From: Nemertoderma westbladi
Lineage: Eukaryota; Animalia; Xenacoelomorpha
Direction of reading: 5' to 3'
Assembly (NCBI GenBank): GCA_032718475.1
Contig: JAUCBJ010001257.1
Location: 1 to 64,000 of the forward strand
DNA: 64,000 nt
The notes below the pieces were generated by a model, which worked only from the letters and a program-made list of their open reading frames with translations, was not told the origin of the DNA and ran no database searches. This document shows, piece after piece, positions 1 to 12,500 of this stretch. Positions within the stretch are counted from its first letter, which is position 1. Each line of letters begins with the position of its first letter. Position numbers and translations under genes: made by a program.

Positions 1-3000
1 AATTACATCCTTTGTGAGTATCCGGCAGTATGCAATTACATCCTTTGTGAGTATCTGGCAGTATGCAAATACATCTTTGCGAGTATCCGGCAGTATGCAA
101 TTACATCCTTTATGAGTATCTGGCAGTATGCAATTACATCCTTTGTGAGTATCCGGCAGTATGCAATTACATCCTTTGTGAGTATCCGGCAGTATGCAAT
201 TACATCCTTTGTGAGTATCTGGCAGTATGCAATTACATCCTTTGTGAGTATCCGGCAGTATGCAATTACATCCTTTGTGAGTATCCGGCAGTATGCAATT
301 ACATCCTTTGTGAGTATCTGGCAGTATGCAAATACATCTTTGCGAGTATCCGGCAGTATGCAATTACATCCTTTGTGAGTATCCGGCAGTATGCAATTAC
401 ATCCTTTGTGAGTATCTGGCAGTATGCAATTACATCCTTTGTGAGTATCCGGCAGTATGCAATTACATCCTTTGTGAGTATCCGGCAGTATGCAATTACA
501 TCCTTTGTGAGTATCCGGCAGTATGCAATTACATCCTTTATGAGTATCTGGCAGTATGCAATTACATCCTTTGTGAGTATCCGGCAGTATGCAATTACAT
601 CCTTTGTGAGTATCCGGCAGTATGCAATTACATCCTTTGTGAGTATCTGACAGTATGCAATTACATCCTTTGTGAGTATCCGGCAGTATGCAATTACATC
701 CTTTGTGAGTATCTGGCAGTATGCAAATACATCTTTGCGAGAATCCGGCAGTATGCAATTACATATCCTTTATGAGTATCTGGCAGTATGCAATTACATC
801 CTTTGTGAGTATCCGGAAGTATGCAATTACATCATTTGTGAGTATCTGGCAGTATGCAATTACATCCTTTGTGAGTATCCGGCAGTATGCAATTACATCC
901 TTTGTGAGTATCTGGCAGTATGCAAATACATCTTTGCGAGTATCCGGCAGTATGCAATTACATCCTTTATGAGTATCTGGCAGTATGCAATTACATCCTT
1001 TGTGAGTATCCGGCAGTATGCAATTACATCCTTTGTGAGTATCTGGCAGTATGCAAATACATCTTTGCGAGTATCCGGCAGTATGCAATTACATCATTTG
1101 TGAGTATCTGGCTGTATGCAAATACATCTTTGCGAGTATCCGGCAGTATGCAATTACATCCTTTGTGAGTATCCGGCAGTATGCAATTACATCCTTTGTG
1201 AGTATCTGGCAGTATGCAATTACATCCTTTGTGAGTATCCGGCGTATGCAATTACATCCTTTGTGAGTATCTGGCAGTATGCAAATACATCTTTGCGAGT
1301 ATCCGGCAGTATGCAATTACATCCTTTGTGAGTATCCGGCAGTATGCAATTACATCCTTTGTGAGTATCTGGCAGTATGCAATTACATCCTTTGTGAGTA
1401 TCCGGCAGTATGCAATTACATCCTTTGTGAGTATCCGGCAGTATGCAAATACATCTTTGCGAGTATCCGGCAGTATGCAATTACATCCTTTGTGAGTATC
1501 CGGCAGTATGCAATTACATCCTTTGTGAGTATCTGGCAGTATGCAATTACATCCTTTGTGAGTATCTGGCAGTATGCAATTACATCCTTTGTGAGTATCC
1601 GGCAGTATGCAAATACATCTTTGCGAGTATCCGGCAGTATGCAATTACATCCTTTGTGAGTATCTGGCAGTATGCAAATACATCTTTGCGAGTATCCGGC
1701 AGTATGCAATTACATCCTTTGTGAGTATCCGGCAGTATGCAATTACATCCTTTGTGAGTATCTGACAGTATGCAATTACATCCTTTGTGAGTATCCGGCA
1801 GTATGCAATTACATCCTTTGTGAGTATCTGGCAGTATGCAAATACATCTTTGCGAGTATCCGGCAGTATGCAATTACATCCTTTATGAGTATCTGGCAGT
1901 ATGCAATTACATCCTTTGTGAGTATCCGGCAGTATGCAATTACATCCTTTGTGAGTATCCGGCAGTATGCAATTACATCCTTTGTGAGTATCTGGCAGTA
2001 TGCAAATACATCTTTGCGAGTATCCGGCAGTATGCAATTACATCATTTGTGAGTATCTGGCTGTATGCAAATACATCTTTGCGAGTATCCGGCAGTATGC
2101 AATTACATCCTTTGTGAGTATCTGGCAGTATGCAATTACATCCTTTGTGAGTATCTGGCAGTATGCAATTACATCCTTTGTGAGTATCCGGCAGTATGCA
2201 ATTACATCCTTTGTGAGAATCTGGCAGTATGCAAATACATCTTTGCGAGTATCCGGCAGTATGCAATTACATCCTTTGCGAGTATCTGGCAGTTTGCAAT
2301 TACATCCTTTGTGAGTATCTGGCAGTATGCAATTACATCCTTTGTGAGTATCCGGCAGTATGCAATTACATCCTTTGTGAGAATCTGGCAGTATGCAAAT
2401 ACATCTTTGCGAGTATCCGGCAGTATGCAATTACATCCTTTGTTAGTATCTGGCAGTATGCAATTACATCCTTTGTGAGTATCTGGCAGTATGCAATTAC
2501 ATCCTTTGTGAGTATCCGGCAGTATGCAATTACATCCTTTGTGAGAATCTGGCAGTATGCAAATACATCTTTGCGAGTATCCGGCAGTATGCAATTACAT
2601 CCTTTGCGAGTATCCGGCAGTATGCAATTACATCCTTTGTGAGTATCCGGCAGTATGCAATTACATCCTTTGTGAGTATCCGGCAGTATGCAATTACATC
2701 CTTTGTGAGTATCTGGCAGTATGCAATTACATCCTTTGTGAGTATCTGGCAGTATGCAATTACATCCTTTGTGAGTATCCGGCAGTATGCAAATACATAT
2801 TTGCGAGTATCCGGCAGTATGCAATTACATCCTTTGTGAGTATCCGGCAGTATGCAATTACATCCTTTGTGAGTATCTGGCAGTATGCAAATACATCTGT
2901 GCGAGTATCCGGCAGTATGCAATTACATCCTTTGTGAGTATCCGGCAGTATGCAATTACATCCTTTGTGAGTATCTGGCAGTATGCAAATACATCTTTGC

Positions 3001-4140
3001 GAGTATCCGGCAGTATGCAATTACATCCTTTGTGAGTATCCGGCAGTATGCAATTACATCCTTTGTGAGTATCTGGCAGTATGCAATTACATCCTTTGTG
3101 AGTATCCGGCAGTATGCAATTACATCCTTTGTGAGTATCTGGCAGTATGCAAATACATCTCTGCGAGTATCCGGCAGTATGCAATTACATCCTTTGTGAG
3201 TATCCGGCAGTATGCAATTACATCCTTTGTGAGTATCTGGCAGTATGCAATTACATCCTTTGTGAGTATCCGGCAGTATGCAATTACATCCTTTGTGAGT
3301 ATCCGGCAGCATGCAATTACATCCTTTGTGAGTATCTGGCAGTATGCAATTACATCCTTCGTGAGTATCTGGCAGTATGCAATTACATCCTTTGTGAGTA
3401 TCCGGCAGCATGCAATTACATCCTTTGTGAGTATCTGGCAGTATGCAATTACATCCTTTATGAGTATCTGGCAGTATGCAATTACATCCTTTGTGAGTAT
3501 CTGGCAGTATGCAATTACATCCTTTGTGAGTATCCGGCAGTATGCAAATACATCCTTTGTGAGTATCCGGCAGTATGCAATTACATCCTTTGTGAGTATC
3601 CGACAGTATGCAAATACATCCTTTGTGAGTATCCGGCAGTATGCAATTACATCCTTTGTGAGTATCTGGCAGTATGCAATTACATCCTTTGTGAGTATCC
3701 GGCAGTATGCAATTACATCCTTTGTGAGTATCTGACAGTATGCAATTACATCCTTTGTGAGTATCCGGCAGTATGCAATTACATCCTTTGTGAGTATCTG
3801 GCAGTATGCAAATACATCTTTGCGAGAATCCGGCAGTATGCAATTACATATCCTTTATGAGTATCTGGCAGTATGCAATTACATCCTTTGTGAGTATCCG
3901 GAAGTATGCAATTACATCATTTGTGAGTATCTGGCAGTATGCAATTACATCCTTTGTGAGTATCCGGCAGTATGCAATTACATCCTTTGTGAGTATCTGG
4001 CAGTATGCAAATACATCTTTGCGAGTATCCGGCAGTATGCAATTACATCCTTTATGAGTATCTGGCAGTATGCAATTACATCCTTTGTGAGTATCCGGCA
4101 GTATGCAATTACATCCTTTGTGAGTATCTGGCAGTATGCA
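1..4140. repeat. 33-bp tandem satellite/minisatellite array (runs off left edge)
   Basis: Unit AATTACATCCTTTGTGAGTATCYGGCAGTATGC, about 125 copies, with an interspersed 32-bp variant (AAATACATCTTTGCGAG). It explains all the repetitive ORFs in 36-4197. Confidence 0.98.
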
Positions 4141-4670
4141 CTGTCGTGTGGTTTATCCTGTACTGAGGTGCCATCGCAAGGACACACTCTATTTTAATAT
4201 TGTATTATGGACCACCTCCCATTTTTCCACTAAATTGTGTGACATTAGCCTCAGCCGCGTCACTGTCACTCTTACATAATCCGGGATGTATGGTGTTTTA
4301 CAGGAGTACATTTGGTGGCACTTCAGTTATAAATTTATAATATTTCGGTATGTGTGGAATTTTACACGTTTTAAAATATCCTGGTTAAAGTTGTCTGGGA
4401 CCAACCCCGAGCCACTATATCTCTAGCCACTAGCCAGGTGTGTCATGTGCCTCGCAAAGATTGTACGATTGGATAAACGGAATGACCGGGTTCTGGTTCT
4501 CAAAGGTGCGTTTTAGAAATCCTGGTCTCATTTTAAGTACCCGCGTTTTCAAAGATGGTAGACCGGCTTCGATCAAGCAAAGATCCATCGGTGTCTGCTC
4601 ACGGACACCCAACAACGATCTGACCATTCTGTTATAAAATTTCTCCACCGATATAAGGTTGTATGTTACC
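4141..4670 (-). mobile_element. Degraded non-LTR retrotransposon ORF2 C-terminal region (post-RT plus CCHC zinc finger)
   Basis: Minus-strand translation, with stops and frameshifts, gives RSLLGVREQTP..CLIEAGLPSL, then YIPDYVRVTVTRLRLMSHNL, GRWS, RVCPCDGTSVQDKPHDSAYC. This matches the RxRxxxHxLxxExGRW...RxCxC...QDExH..C tail of LINE ORF2. Confidence 0.75.
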
Positions 4671-5173
4671 AACTTTCCGCCCCGTATAGCATGGCAGTAA
4701 CTACCCCCGCTTCAAAAACACTTAAGATTGTTTTAGATTCTTTTAACATCTCGTAGCCCCCCCCCACCCCCCCCCCCCCCCCTCCCCCCTATTTTTTTCA
4801 ACTTTCACCCAAATGCTACGAAATGTTGTACGATGATATTTCGAAGCCCTTCCTCACCGTTCGCACTACCTAAACTTATTAATTTATAATAATTCGTTAA
4901 TATTGTTAATTCGCCAGACGAGATATTAATTCGCCGATATGGGATTTGCGTCCACTTTTCCGTCCTGTCTCAGAATAACTTCTTTACGACTGGTGTAATT
5001 TCTACGGAGATACATTTTCAACAAGGAGGGGCGGGGGGGGGGGGGGTAGCAAAAGATTTCAAGCGAAAATGAAAAGGGAGATGGAAAAACGATTTATTCT
5101 GTAAATAGATTTCAGTTATTATTTTATTTTAATTCAATGCCAAACCGCACTGCAAACAAATCGATAAAGTCTC

Positions 5174-7531
5174 CTAATTACTCGGCTTTCTACCATATTT
5201 CTGTTTTCTCTTTCGCTCTTTGACTCCAAGGTTACCCGGCAACGGCCGTTTAATCGCCTCTCTCCTCTTCCGATTGGTCGCCGTTGCGTTGCCATGGAGT
5301 TCGATGGGTGGCGCCGCTTTTAGGCGCTGCAAACTCACCGCCGATTCGCTGCGTTTCTGTTTACGTAGAAGTTTTAATCGAAGATTCTTACTCATTCGTC
5401 GTCTCGGTAAATCCAACATCCCGCTCTCGGTACTCTGAGTCTCGGTTCCCGCCTTCCGCGTCTCAGGATTTCTCGGTTCACCGCCATCTTCACCGGGTTT
5501 CGCACAATGTTTTCCCCTACCACCACTATATTTACCTGCACCAACACTTAGCTTCCCTCCTCCCACTCCCTTTTTCCCCTTACCTACACTATATTTCCCT
5601 CCGCCCACACTTTGTTTCCCTCCACCCCGACTATATTTCCCTCCTCCCATACTTTCTTTCCCGCTTCCCACACTTTCTTTCCCGCCTCCCTCACTATATT
5701 TCCCGCCCCCCACACTACGCTCTCTCCTCCTTTCCTTCACCATCAACGCTTTACTATCCTCCAAACTGAACTCAACGATGGGCCGTTTATCCACCGAGAA
5801 TATCCCGACCGCGTTATTAGTCGCTCGTAACGCCGCCAACGCATTGCGATGCGCGGTAAACGTCACGAAACCGAAGCCCAACGACCTGCCGACCCCGTCG
5901 CTGTCGACCTGCCCTCGATCCCGCATAACCCGACACTCGGTAACCTTGGTACCGGGACCCCCGGCCCTCAGGAAGATCCCCTTTAGGGATTTATCGTCGA
6001 CGGATTTCGGAATATTCCGGACGCAGAGTCGTACGCTGGATACGAACACGTTGAGGTTCTTCAACCGGCGTTTGTTGTTGTTTAGAACGACGGCGCGACG
6101 GCGCTGGTCGGCCTCCGACATCCCGGAGGCCGCGTCCGTCCCCGGACGGACGAAACCCTCCGCGGCGAGATGGAGGTTCCGTCGATCGGCGACGAGTTTA
6201 TCCGAATTCCCCAACCGTCCCGAATCCTCTCGGGACAACGCCGCCGTCACTAACAGCTGTCGGTTACTGAGCGACACAGACTCAGCGAGACAGCGGCTCA
6301 CGGAGGCCGCGTCCCGAAACTGCACGAACCCAACGCCGCGGGAGTGGCCGTTGGAGGCGTCCGTTACGATCCGCGCGTAGCAAACGGGACCGAAACGGGA
6401 GGAGAACTCCTCCAACAAGGAATCCTCCGTTTCCTCGTAACTCAGGTTCCTTATAAACACAGTCCGACCTTGAGTTATATCGCTGGATGAAGTTGGATAG
6501 CGTTTACTAGGGGGAGAATCCGCGTAAACGCGTTTACTATAAGTTTCCTCCTCGCTTTCCTCCCCGGAGGAGCCCCAAGATTCTCCAGAGGAACTCTCAA
6601 CCGACTCCTCCGTCACGCTTATCCCTACTTCTCTAGGCCTCCTCTCGTAGCGGTCCTTAGGAAGGGCCCAGTCCACCGCCACCGTCCGCCCACCGAACTC
6701 CACGCCGTTGGCCCGCGTCAGGACCCGTTTCGCAGCGACTTTATCGAGGAACTGAAGGAATCCGACTTGTCTTTTGGGCCCGGTCACCGCGACCTCGGTA
6801 ACCGGGGCGAACTGGGAGAAGAAACTCCTGAGCGCCTCGGGATCCGTGTCGAAAGGGAGATTGTGGACGACGAGACGAGAATGACGTTGTTTCTGACGAC
6901 TTGGAGGGGCTGACAAGTTCTTTTGTAAATCGCAAACCAGGAAATTCCCTTGTTTCTTAATTAAATTCCTTAATCTCAACATCGCTTTAAACGCTTGTTT
7001 ATTCGACTTAAAATGGATCACAGCTTGTTCACCTTTTTTGTATTCGAGTTTCTCGAATCCTCCCACCCCAACCTTTTCAACCCATTTACATAGTTTTTTA
7101 ACATCCTTCGATTTATTGCCGTCCGGGTCTATTATTATCACCCGTCTATCTTTCCCTCCGGGGTTGTCTGCTGCTTTATTAGCTTTACTATCGGTTGCTA
7201 TAGGAATGGAATCAACTTTAGTAGAAGTTTCTAAAGGAATTACGGTGTCATTTTCATTATTATTATCTTTGTCTCTAGCTAATTCAACTTTGATTTTTCG
7301 ACCTCCTATAAAGACATCGGTTTTAATAATTGTTTCGCTGTTCTCAGCATTAATAAACCTAATGTAACCGAATCCTTTCGACTTGGGGGGACCACCTTCT
7401 CGTTTCTCAGTTACGACGAAGCATTGTTTCAATGGGCCATATCTCGAGAATTCTTCTTCCAATTGCGTTGCGTCGCAAGTATAAGGTAGATTACAAACGA
7501 AAAGAACTGGTGATTTTAAAGGCATATTCAT
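5174..7531 (-). CDS. RBM28: RNA-binding protein 28 (Nop4 orthologue), nucleolar 4-RRM protein, intronless
   Basis: 785-aa ORF with four RRMs (LFVCNLP/KGFGYIRF; LVVHNLP/VGFLQF; VFIRNLS/RGVGFVQF; LCVRNIP/LGFGFVTF) and an acidic linker. Carries RBM28-type motifs RTVAVDWALPKDRY, DRRNLHLAAEG, LKNLNVFVSSVRLCVRNIP and RPIVEFSLED. Confidence 0.93.
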   Translation of the reverse strand: MNMPLKSPVLFVCNLPYTCDATQLEEEFSRYGPLKQCFVVTEKREGGPPKSKGFGYIRFINAENSETIIKTDVFIGGRKIKVELARDKDNNNENDTVIPLETSTKVDSIPIATDSKANKAADNPGGKDRRVIIIDPDGNKSKDVKKLCKWVEKVGVGGFEKLEYKKGEQAVIHFKSNKQAFKAMLRLRNLIKKQGNFLVCDLQKNLSAPPSRQKQRHSRLVVHNLPFDTDPEALRSFFSQFAPVTEVAVTGPKRQVGFLQFLDKVAAKRVLTRANGVEFGGRTVAVDWALPKDRYERRPREVGISVTEESVESSSGESWGSSGEESEEETYSKRVYADSPPSKRYPTSSSDITQGRTVFIRNLSYEETEDSLLEEFSSRFGPVCYARIVTDASNGHSRGVGFVQFRDAASVSRCLAESVSLSNRQLLVTAALSREDSGRLGNSDKLVADRRNLHLAAEGFVRPGTDAASGMSEADQRRRAVVLNNNKRRLKNLNVFVSSVRLCVRNIPKSVDDKSLKGIFLRAGGPGTKVTECRVMRDRGQVDSDGVGRSLGFGFVTFTAHRNALAALRATNNAVGIFSVDKRPIVEFSLEDSKALMVKERRRERSVGGGKYSEGGGKESVGSGKESMGGGKYSRGGGKQSVGGGKYSVGKGKKGVGGGKLSVGAGKYSGGRGKHCAKPGEDGGEPRNPETRKAGTETQSTESGMLDLPRRRMSKNLRLKLLRKQKRSESAVSLQRLKAAPPIELHGNATATNRKRREAIKRPLPGNLGVKERKRKQKYGRKPSN
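5507..5716 (-). repeat. Coding 21-bp minisatellite in RBM28 C-terminus (10 x SxGGGKx)
   Basis: SVGGGKY SEGGGKE SVGSGKE SMGGGKY SRGGGKQ SVGGGKY SVGKGKK GVGGGKL SVGAGKY SGGRGKH, in frame. Confidence 0.85.
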
Positions 7532-7699
7532 ATTACTGTAGCCAGGTAGCAGTGTATTAAAGTATTACTGTATTAGCAATTAGGCCTACCATGTCATGCA
7601 TGTCCTGGAATATAGTGGGGTGCATGTCTGCATGTAAAGAGCAGAAGAGAGGACTGCGGACTGGCGGATTGCTGGATTGCCAAAATCCACGCGGTCAAT

Positions 7700-7993
7700 T
7701 TGAATTATCGACACCCTAACACTCGGGTCCCCAATGCGACAAGGTGAGCTGACTGCCTTGGCAGATAAGCTTTCTCTTAGCGCAGTGGGTGTTCAAGAGC
7801 ACCGGATGCAGACTGGACAGACTGATGAGGTTCTGATTAAGGACATCGGGGCCGGGGCGGTTGGCGACTCGCCCTCGCGTCAGCAGATGATAGTGGCAAT
7901 GGTGGTATTGGTCTATTATTGATGAATCCAACTGCACATGCAGCGTTGGACAAAATAGACCAAATCTCTAACCGCATCATCCGTTGCCACTTC
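7700..7993 (+). mobile_element. LINE apurinic endonuclease (APE) domain fragment, RTE-like
   Basis: GELTALADKLSLSAVGVQEHR (APE xxGxQE motif), then after a frameshift GWRLALASADDSGNGGIGLLL and a RII.A-like strand. Confidence 0.7.
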
Positions 7994-8266
7994 TCATGTT
8001 CTGGAAGACTGGCTAAGAAGTTTCCTTAGGTGGTTCTGATTGTGTGCTATTCTCCAACTAGTGTTGCCCCTGTAGAGGAGGCATCCCTCTGTGTCTGAAC
8101 CAGAGTGATCAGAGGGACAATCTTCATAGTTGGTGACATAAGCGTATCGCTTCTTGGTTGCTGTCTTATCAGTGTTTTTTGTGTCAGAACGGGTGCTTCT
8201 TTCCCTGTTTACTGTGATAAGATACTTGGAGGTCTCGGCCTTCAAGAAACCCCTAAATAAGTCGGA

Positions 8267-9534
8267 GAAGCATCCATGTTTGAGTTTGTAATTATAAGTG
8301 TATCGTTCCCATCTGGTTCCAGTGGAGCCCTTTGGAATCGCACTGGAAACGAACTGTAATGTCGTGGTTGTATCGTACACTTGTTTCTGTCCTAGCCAGT
8401 CAAGTTCCATCGGGGAAGCATCCATGTTTGAGTTTATGGGGCGAGCCACGAAGTTGGCGGAGCCTTAGCGAATTGACACTGTTAGGGGGTGGGTCAATTT
8501 ATGCAAATAGTTGTCGTCGTCGTCGTCGTCGTTGTCGTCGTCGTCGTCGTCGTTGTCGTCGTTACGATTTTGACATGCTAATAACTTTGTCGGATTTAAA
8601 GCTGCCAAGTTGAAAATTTGTAGGTATCAATATGAGCTAAAGTTGAGATTTTTGAGAGACTTTCAGACACCATCAGTGCAATGGTCTCCCGCTAGAGGGC
8701 CACATGTCTAAACATTAAATGCCCTCCCATTTCTTTGCTTTTAATCCGTTTAAGCTGAAACTTGGCAGATATGTATTAGACCATTAGCTGTGACTTTCAA
8801 AGGAGGCGAATCCATCTGCAGTTCTCCAGTCTGCCGCTAGAGGGCCAAATGTCTGAAAGTGAAATCGTTGTCGTCGTTATGATATTGACATGCTTATAAC
8901 TTTGTCGAATTTAAAGCTGCCAAGTTGAAAATTTGTTGTTGAAAATCAGTTCAACAGTCACCCGCTATAGGACTACTTTATGCCTGAAAGTGAATAGATT
9001 CTCCCGTCTCATTGATTTTAATCAGTTTAAGCTGAATCTTGCCATATATTCTGGACCACATGCTGCGTCTTTGTGGGGGGGGGGGGGGGGGGGGGGGATT
9101 TAATCGGTCTGCCGCTATAGGACGAAATTTCTGAAAGTGAGATCCGTCTCTCATTTCGTTATCCGTTATTCAAGATGAAACTTGGCCGATGTACGTATGT
9201 ACTATTCATCCATAGGCTGTGTCTTTGTGGGGCTGGAGACCCTAATCCATCTTCAGTTCTCACTATACCGCTAGAGTCAGAAATGTCTGAATAGAAATGA
9301 AAGAGGTAAAAAGTGATTCGGCGAAATCTGCTTAAAATTTGCTAATACAGTAATACTTTCGAATTAGTACTTAAATTAAATTTAAGTCACGTGCTGCGCG
9401 AAGGCCCCACTTCGTGTAATTATAAGTGTATCGTTCCCATCTGGTTCCAGTGGAGTCCTTTGGAATCGCACTGGAAACGAACTGTAATGTCATGGTTGTA
9501 TCGTACACTTGTTTCTGTCCTAGCCAGTCAAGTT
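8267..9534. repeat. ~140-bp tandem duplication within gag remnant; second copy split by the Helentron-type insertion
   Basis: GAAGCATCCATGTTTGAGTTT+GTAATTATAAGTG...CAAGTT at 8267-8406 recurs as 8415-8435 plus 9416-9534. Confidence 0.85.
8436..9415 (+). mobile_element. Non-autonomous Helentron-type element (HINE/DINE-1-like)
   Basis: Subterminal inverted repeat CACGAAGT(T)GG near 8447 pairs with CCACTTCG(TG) at the right end. Contains a (GTC)n microsatellite at ~8511-8562 and degenerate core repeats (CCGCTAGAGGGC, AAGCTGAAACTTGGC). Inserted after TTT with no TSD. Confidence 0.7.
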
Positions 9535-12500
9535 GGCGACAAATTTCCTCTACTTCATCTCTAATCTCTACGATCCCGTTTTGAGTGGATCTATTATAGA
9601 GATTAATCTGTCATACATGTTGCTTGCCAAGCTTTCTTCAGTGCCATACCGCTCCTTTAGAGTATTCCAAACAGTACTGATGCCGTCTACATGGCCCACA
9701 TATTTTGCAGTCATCTGTTTAGGGGATCCCTCCACACTACTAATTAAATATCTAAGCTTCTCGCGTTCACTCAATGGCTATTCTAGAATACTGTCCTTGC
9801 AGAACTCTGCAAATGGTAACCATTTCAGCTCGTCACCATCAAACTTTAAAATTTGACCTGAGGAGACGCACTGTCGAGCTTCGTTTCTAGCCATATGCCG
9901 GGTAAGGTCGGTTTGGACTGCTAAAGAATTTAGTAAAAGGTTGGTTAGATATGAGCTTTGGTCGTTCTGATGTACGGTATTCTCGGCATGAATACCAATC
10001 ACATCAGAGGCATGTTTTAGAATTTTTACACCCTGCGACGCTGCTTGTGAGTCGACTTTCTTATTTGTCAGGGTGAGATGGTCTTGTGTTAAGGACATTT
10101 GTTGCTCTAAGTCATCATTTATTTGTAATAAAGAATCATTTGTGTGTAATAAAGAATCATTTCTTTGTACATAATAAAGAATCAATGATTTCTCGAGAGA
10201 GTCGTCGTTGTTCTGGGGTCGGGGTTGCCTGACGTTTTGTGCATAACGGTCAACGTTATGTAGGCTGGGATCTAACGGGGGTGCAAAAGCCTCTGAAGGT
10301 GAAGGAGGATCACCTTGGGGGAATGCTTCACCTGGGATGCCTGGCGCAAACCTAACTCCATTTCTGGGGTTGACATTCCTTTGCCTGTCAGGGGGGATGC
10401 TATCCGTCCGCAGGATGATAATGGCGTTCCTGGTCCCGGATGCCGGTTCCCCGCTACCGACTCCTTTGCGGCTAAGTGGGCCGATCCGGGCACCAGGTGC
10501 CTACCATCCAGTTGGTTTTGATGGTTGTAATATATGGTCGAGCGGGGGTTCATTTCATCCCTAGGTATCCATTTATTATTGTTTCCTCCTTCGTTACCAT
10601 GGGGTAACGGATGTGATACTTTGGAATGTTCTCCCAAGCTGGTGATTGGGGATATTCCAGTGCCAAATGACATTCTATCATCCTTTGTCCTGGCTAAGCT
10701 ACTGGACAGGTAGCTATGTTTGGGGTGCTCTGTAAGAGCTATGTGGGGATTGTTGAGGGAGATTGTGGTTTCGCTTGGTATATCTTTAGTTGCAAGTGGG
10801 GCCCCTACTGGTGGTACAACATCTCTATTGCGGTAGGGGGTTGCTGTTATAGTTGAGAGTGGGACTACTACTGGATCGATCGGCTCGGCTGATCTACTGT
10901 GCTATGGGGCTGCAACCAATTGAGGTAGTTTGCGTTCCCTCGGATCTATATAGATCTCGAACCGGGGGTCGCTTGGCTCATCTTCCTCCTGTAACCTACC
11001 CAGGGGGGCCGCGAATCCAGAGGTCTTGGATGATCCAAATCCGTCTGCTTTGGGGGTATCCTGTCTCTATTATATGGAGGCAGGTCCGGCAGCGCCACTC
11101 TAACAGCTCTCTTTCGTCTGCTCCGAGAGTTGCCACCACTTTCACTAGCGTTGGTGGAGTTTCCTTCATCCGACGAAGCATAAGTCCCTCTATTCGGCCT
11201 ATCTCGTCCTGGTCCTCTGTTTGAACCTGACCTTTCCTTCCGCTGATTTTCACTTAATCTTTTTAGAGTGCTATTTTGTTTCGTAAAGCTATGTCAGCTT
11301 CCATGTGCTCGTTTTCCCGCTGTTCGGCTTCCAACTTTATATCATCGGCGCGCTTGCTGGCTTTATTACTCATCTGGTTTGCATCTAACTGCAACTCCAT
11401 TTCTAAGATTTCCTTATCAGCCGCATGCTCCTCCACTTGTTCCCGTCTGTCACGCTCAGCATCTATCTCGTCTAGAACTGCTGCTGATTCAGGGCTAGAG
11501 GGGGCTAAACCCTTTAATCTCCTATGCAGTTCAGCCTCTCCTACTATGGCTATATAGGGTCGTAGGTTTCTGGATATTGCATCCATGTCCTCACCTTCTC
11601 CGGAATCCTCTGAGTCGGTGTTTAGGTTGCCCTGCGCTATGGTTCCCGAACAGTCTATGTCCGCACCTGGGGGGATGGTCAGCCCATGCAGCTTTTCGAG
11701 TGCAAGTCTTGATTGAACTCAGCCACATTGCCATAAACTACAGCGGATAGTTCCTTTGTGCTGCATGGAACCTGGGGAACTTTCAGTTTGTATAGATCTG
11801 CCCATGCCATATCATTAAACCTAAACAACTTATGAAGTTCCGGCTGGGCATGATATAGGTTTATTAGGTAATGTAATTCTTCCCCATAAACTCCTGTTCA
11901 GAAGATACAGTTCCGGTTGCCACTTTCTCCTGGTAACTGTCAATTTCCTCTAGCAGGTAAGCTAGTCTTGCTTGCGGGTGAACAGGAATTGTTTCATCGG
12001 CAATATCCTGCGAAAGGGTGTTGCTAATAGGGGGGTGCAATTCCTCGTTGCTGTTGGGTGAGGGGGCTAACATAATGGGGGATGTGTTCATTACTAGTAG
12101 TGATGGTGAGCTCACTCTAGTTTGGGCAACACTAACTATGGGTGGATCTACATTCAAATTGTCTACAGTCCTTCCAGTAAATTCCCTAGTTCTGATGCGG
12201 GACCTGTCCCAAGATTTCTTGCTGCGGACTGGTGGTGCAACCTGTTCAACAGAGGGGGGAATGTCCATATGGGAGGGGGGGGGGGGGGGGGGCAGCTGTG
12301 ACCCATGGGTGGTAAGCGAAAGGTTCAGTGTCAATATCTGACTCGGACATGATGGCAAATTAATATAATCTATACACAAATAGTAGGTTACAACCCTAAA
12401 TAAGTGTTAACTACGTATTTGTCCTGTAAAATAAAATAATCAACACCAAGGAAGATATTCTATTTATGCCACCTAGAGAAATAAATAATTTAGCTATTAT

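Larger units (their letters stand above)
7994..12379 (-). mobile_element. Degraded BEL/Pao LTR-retrotransposon gag region
   Basis: ILKFDGDELKWLPFAEF..SILE*PLSEREKLRYLISSVEG...VWNTLKERYG matches the BEL/Pao gag (DUF1759-type) signature, with an in-frame TAG at 9778-9780. It continues (IPKGSTGTRWE..FSDLFRGFLKAE) at 7994-8449. Upstream coiled-coil and low-complexity ORF pieces reach 12379. No LTR or pol identified; the outer boundaries are approximate. Confidence 0.75.

Noticed and set aside
1-4140. Cys-rich repeat proteins or a CRISPR array (33-bp repeats)
   Set aside because: Head-to-tail monomers with no unique spacers, no cas genes and a eukaryotic context. ORFs occur in many frames and are broken by the 32-bp variant.
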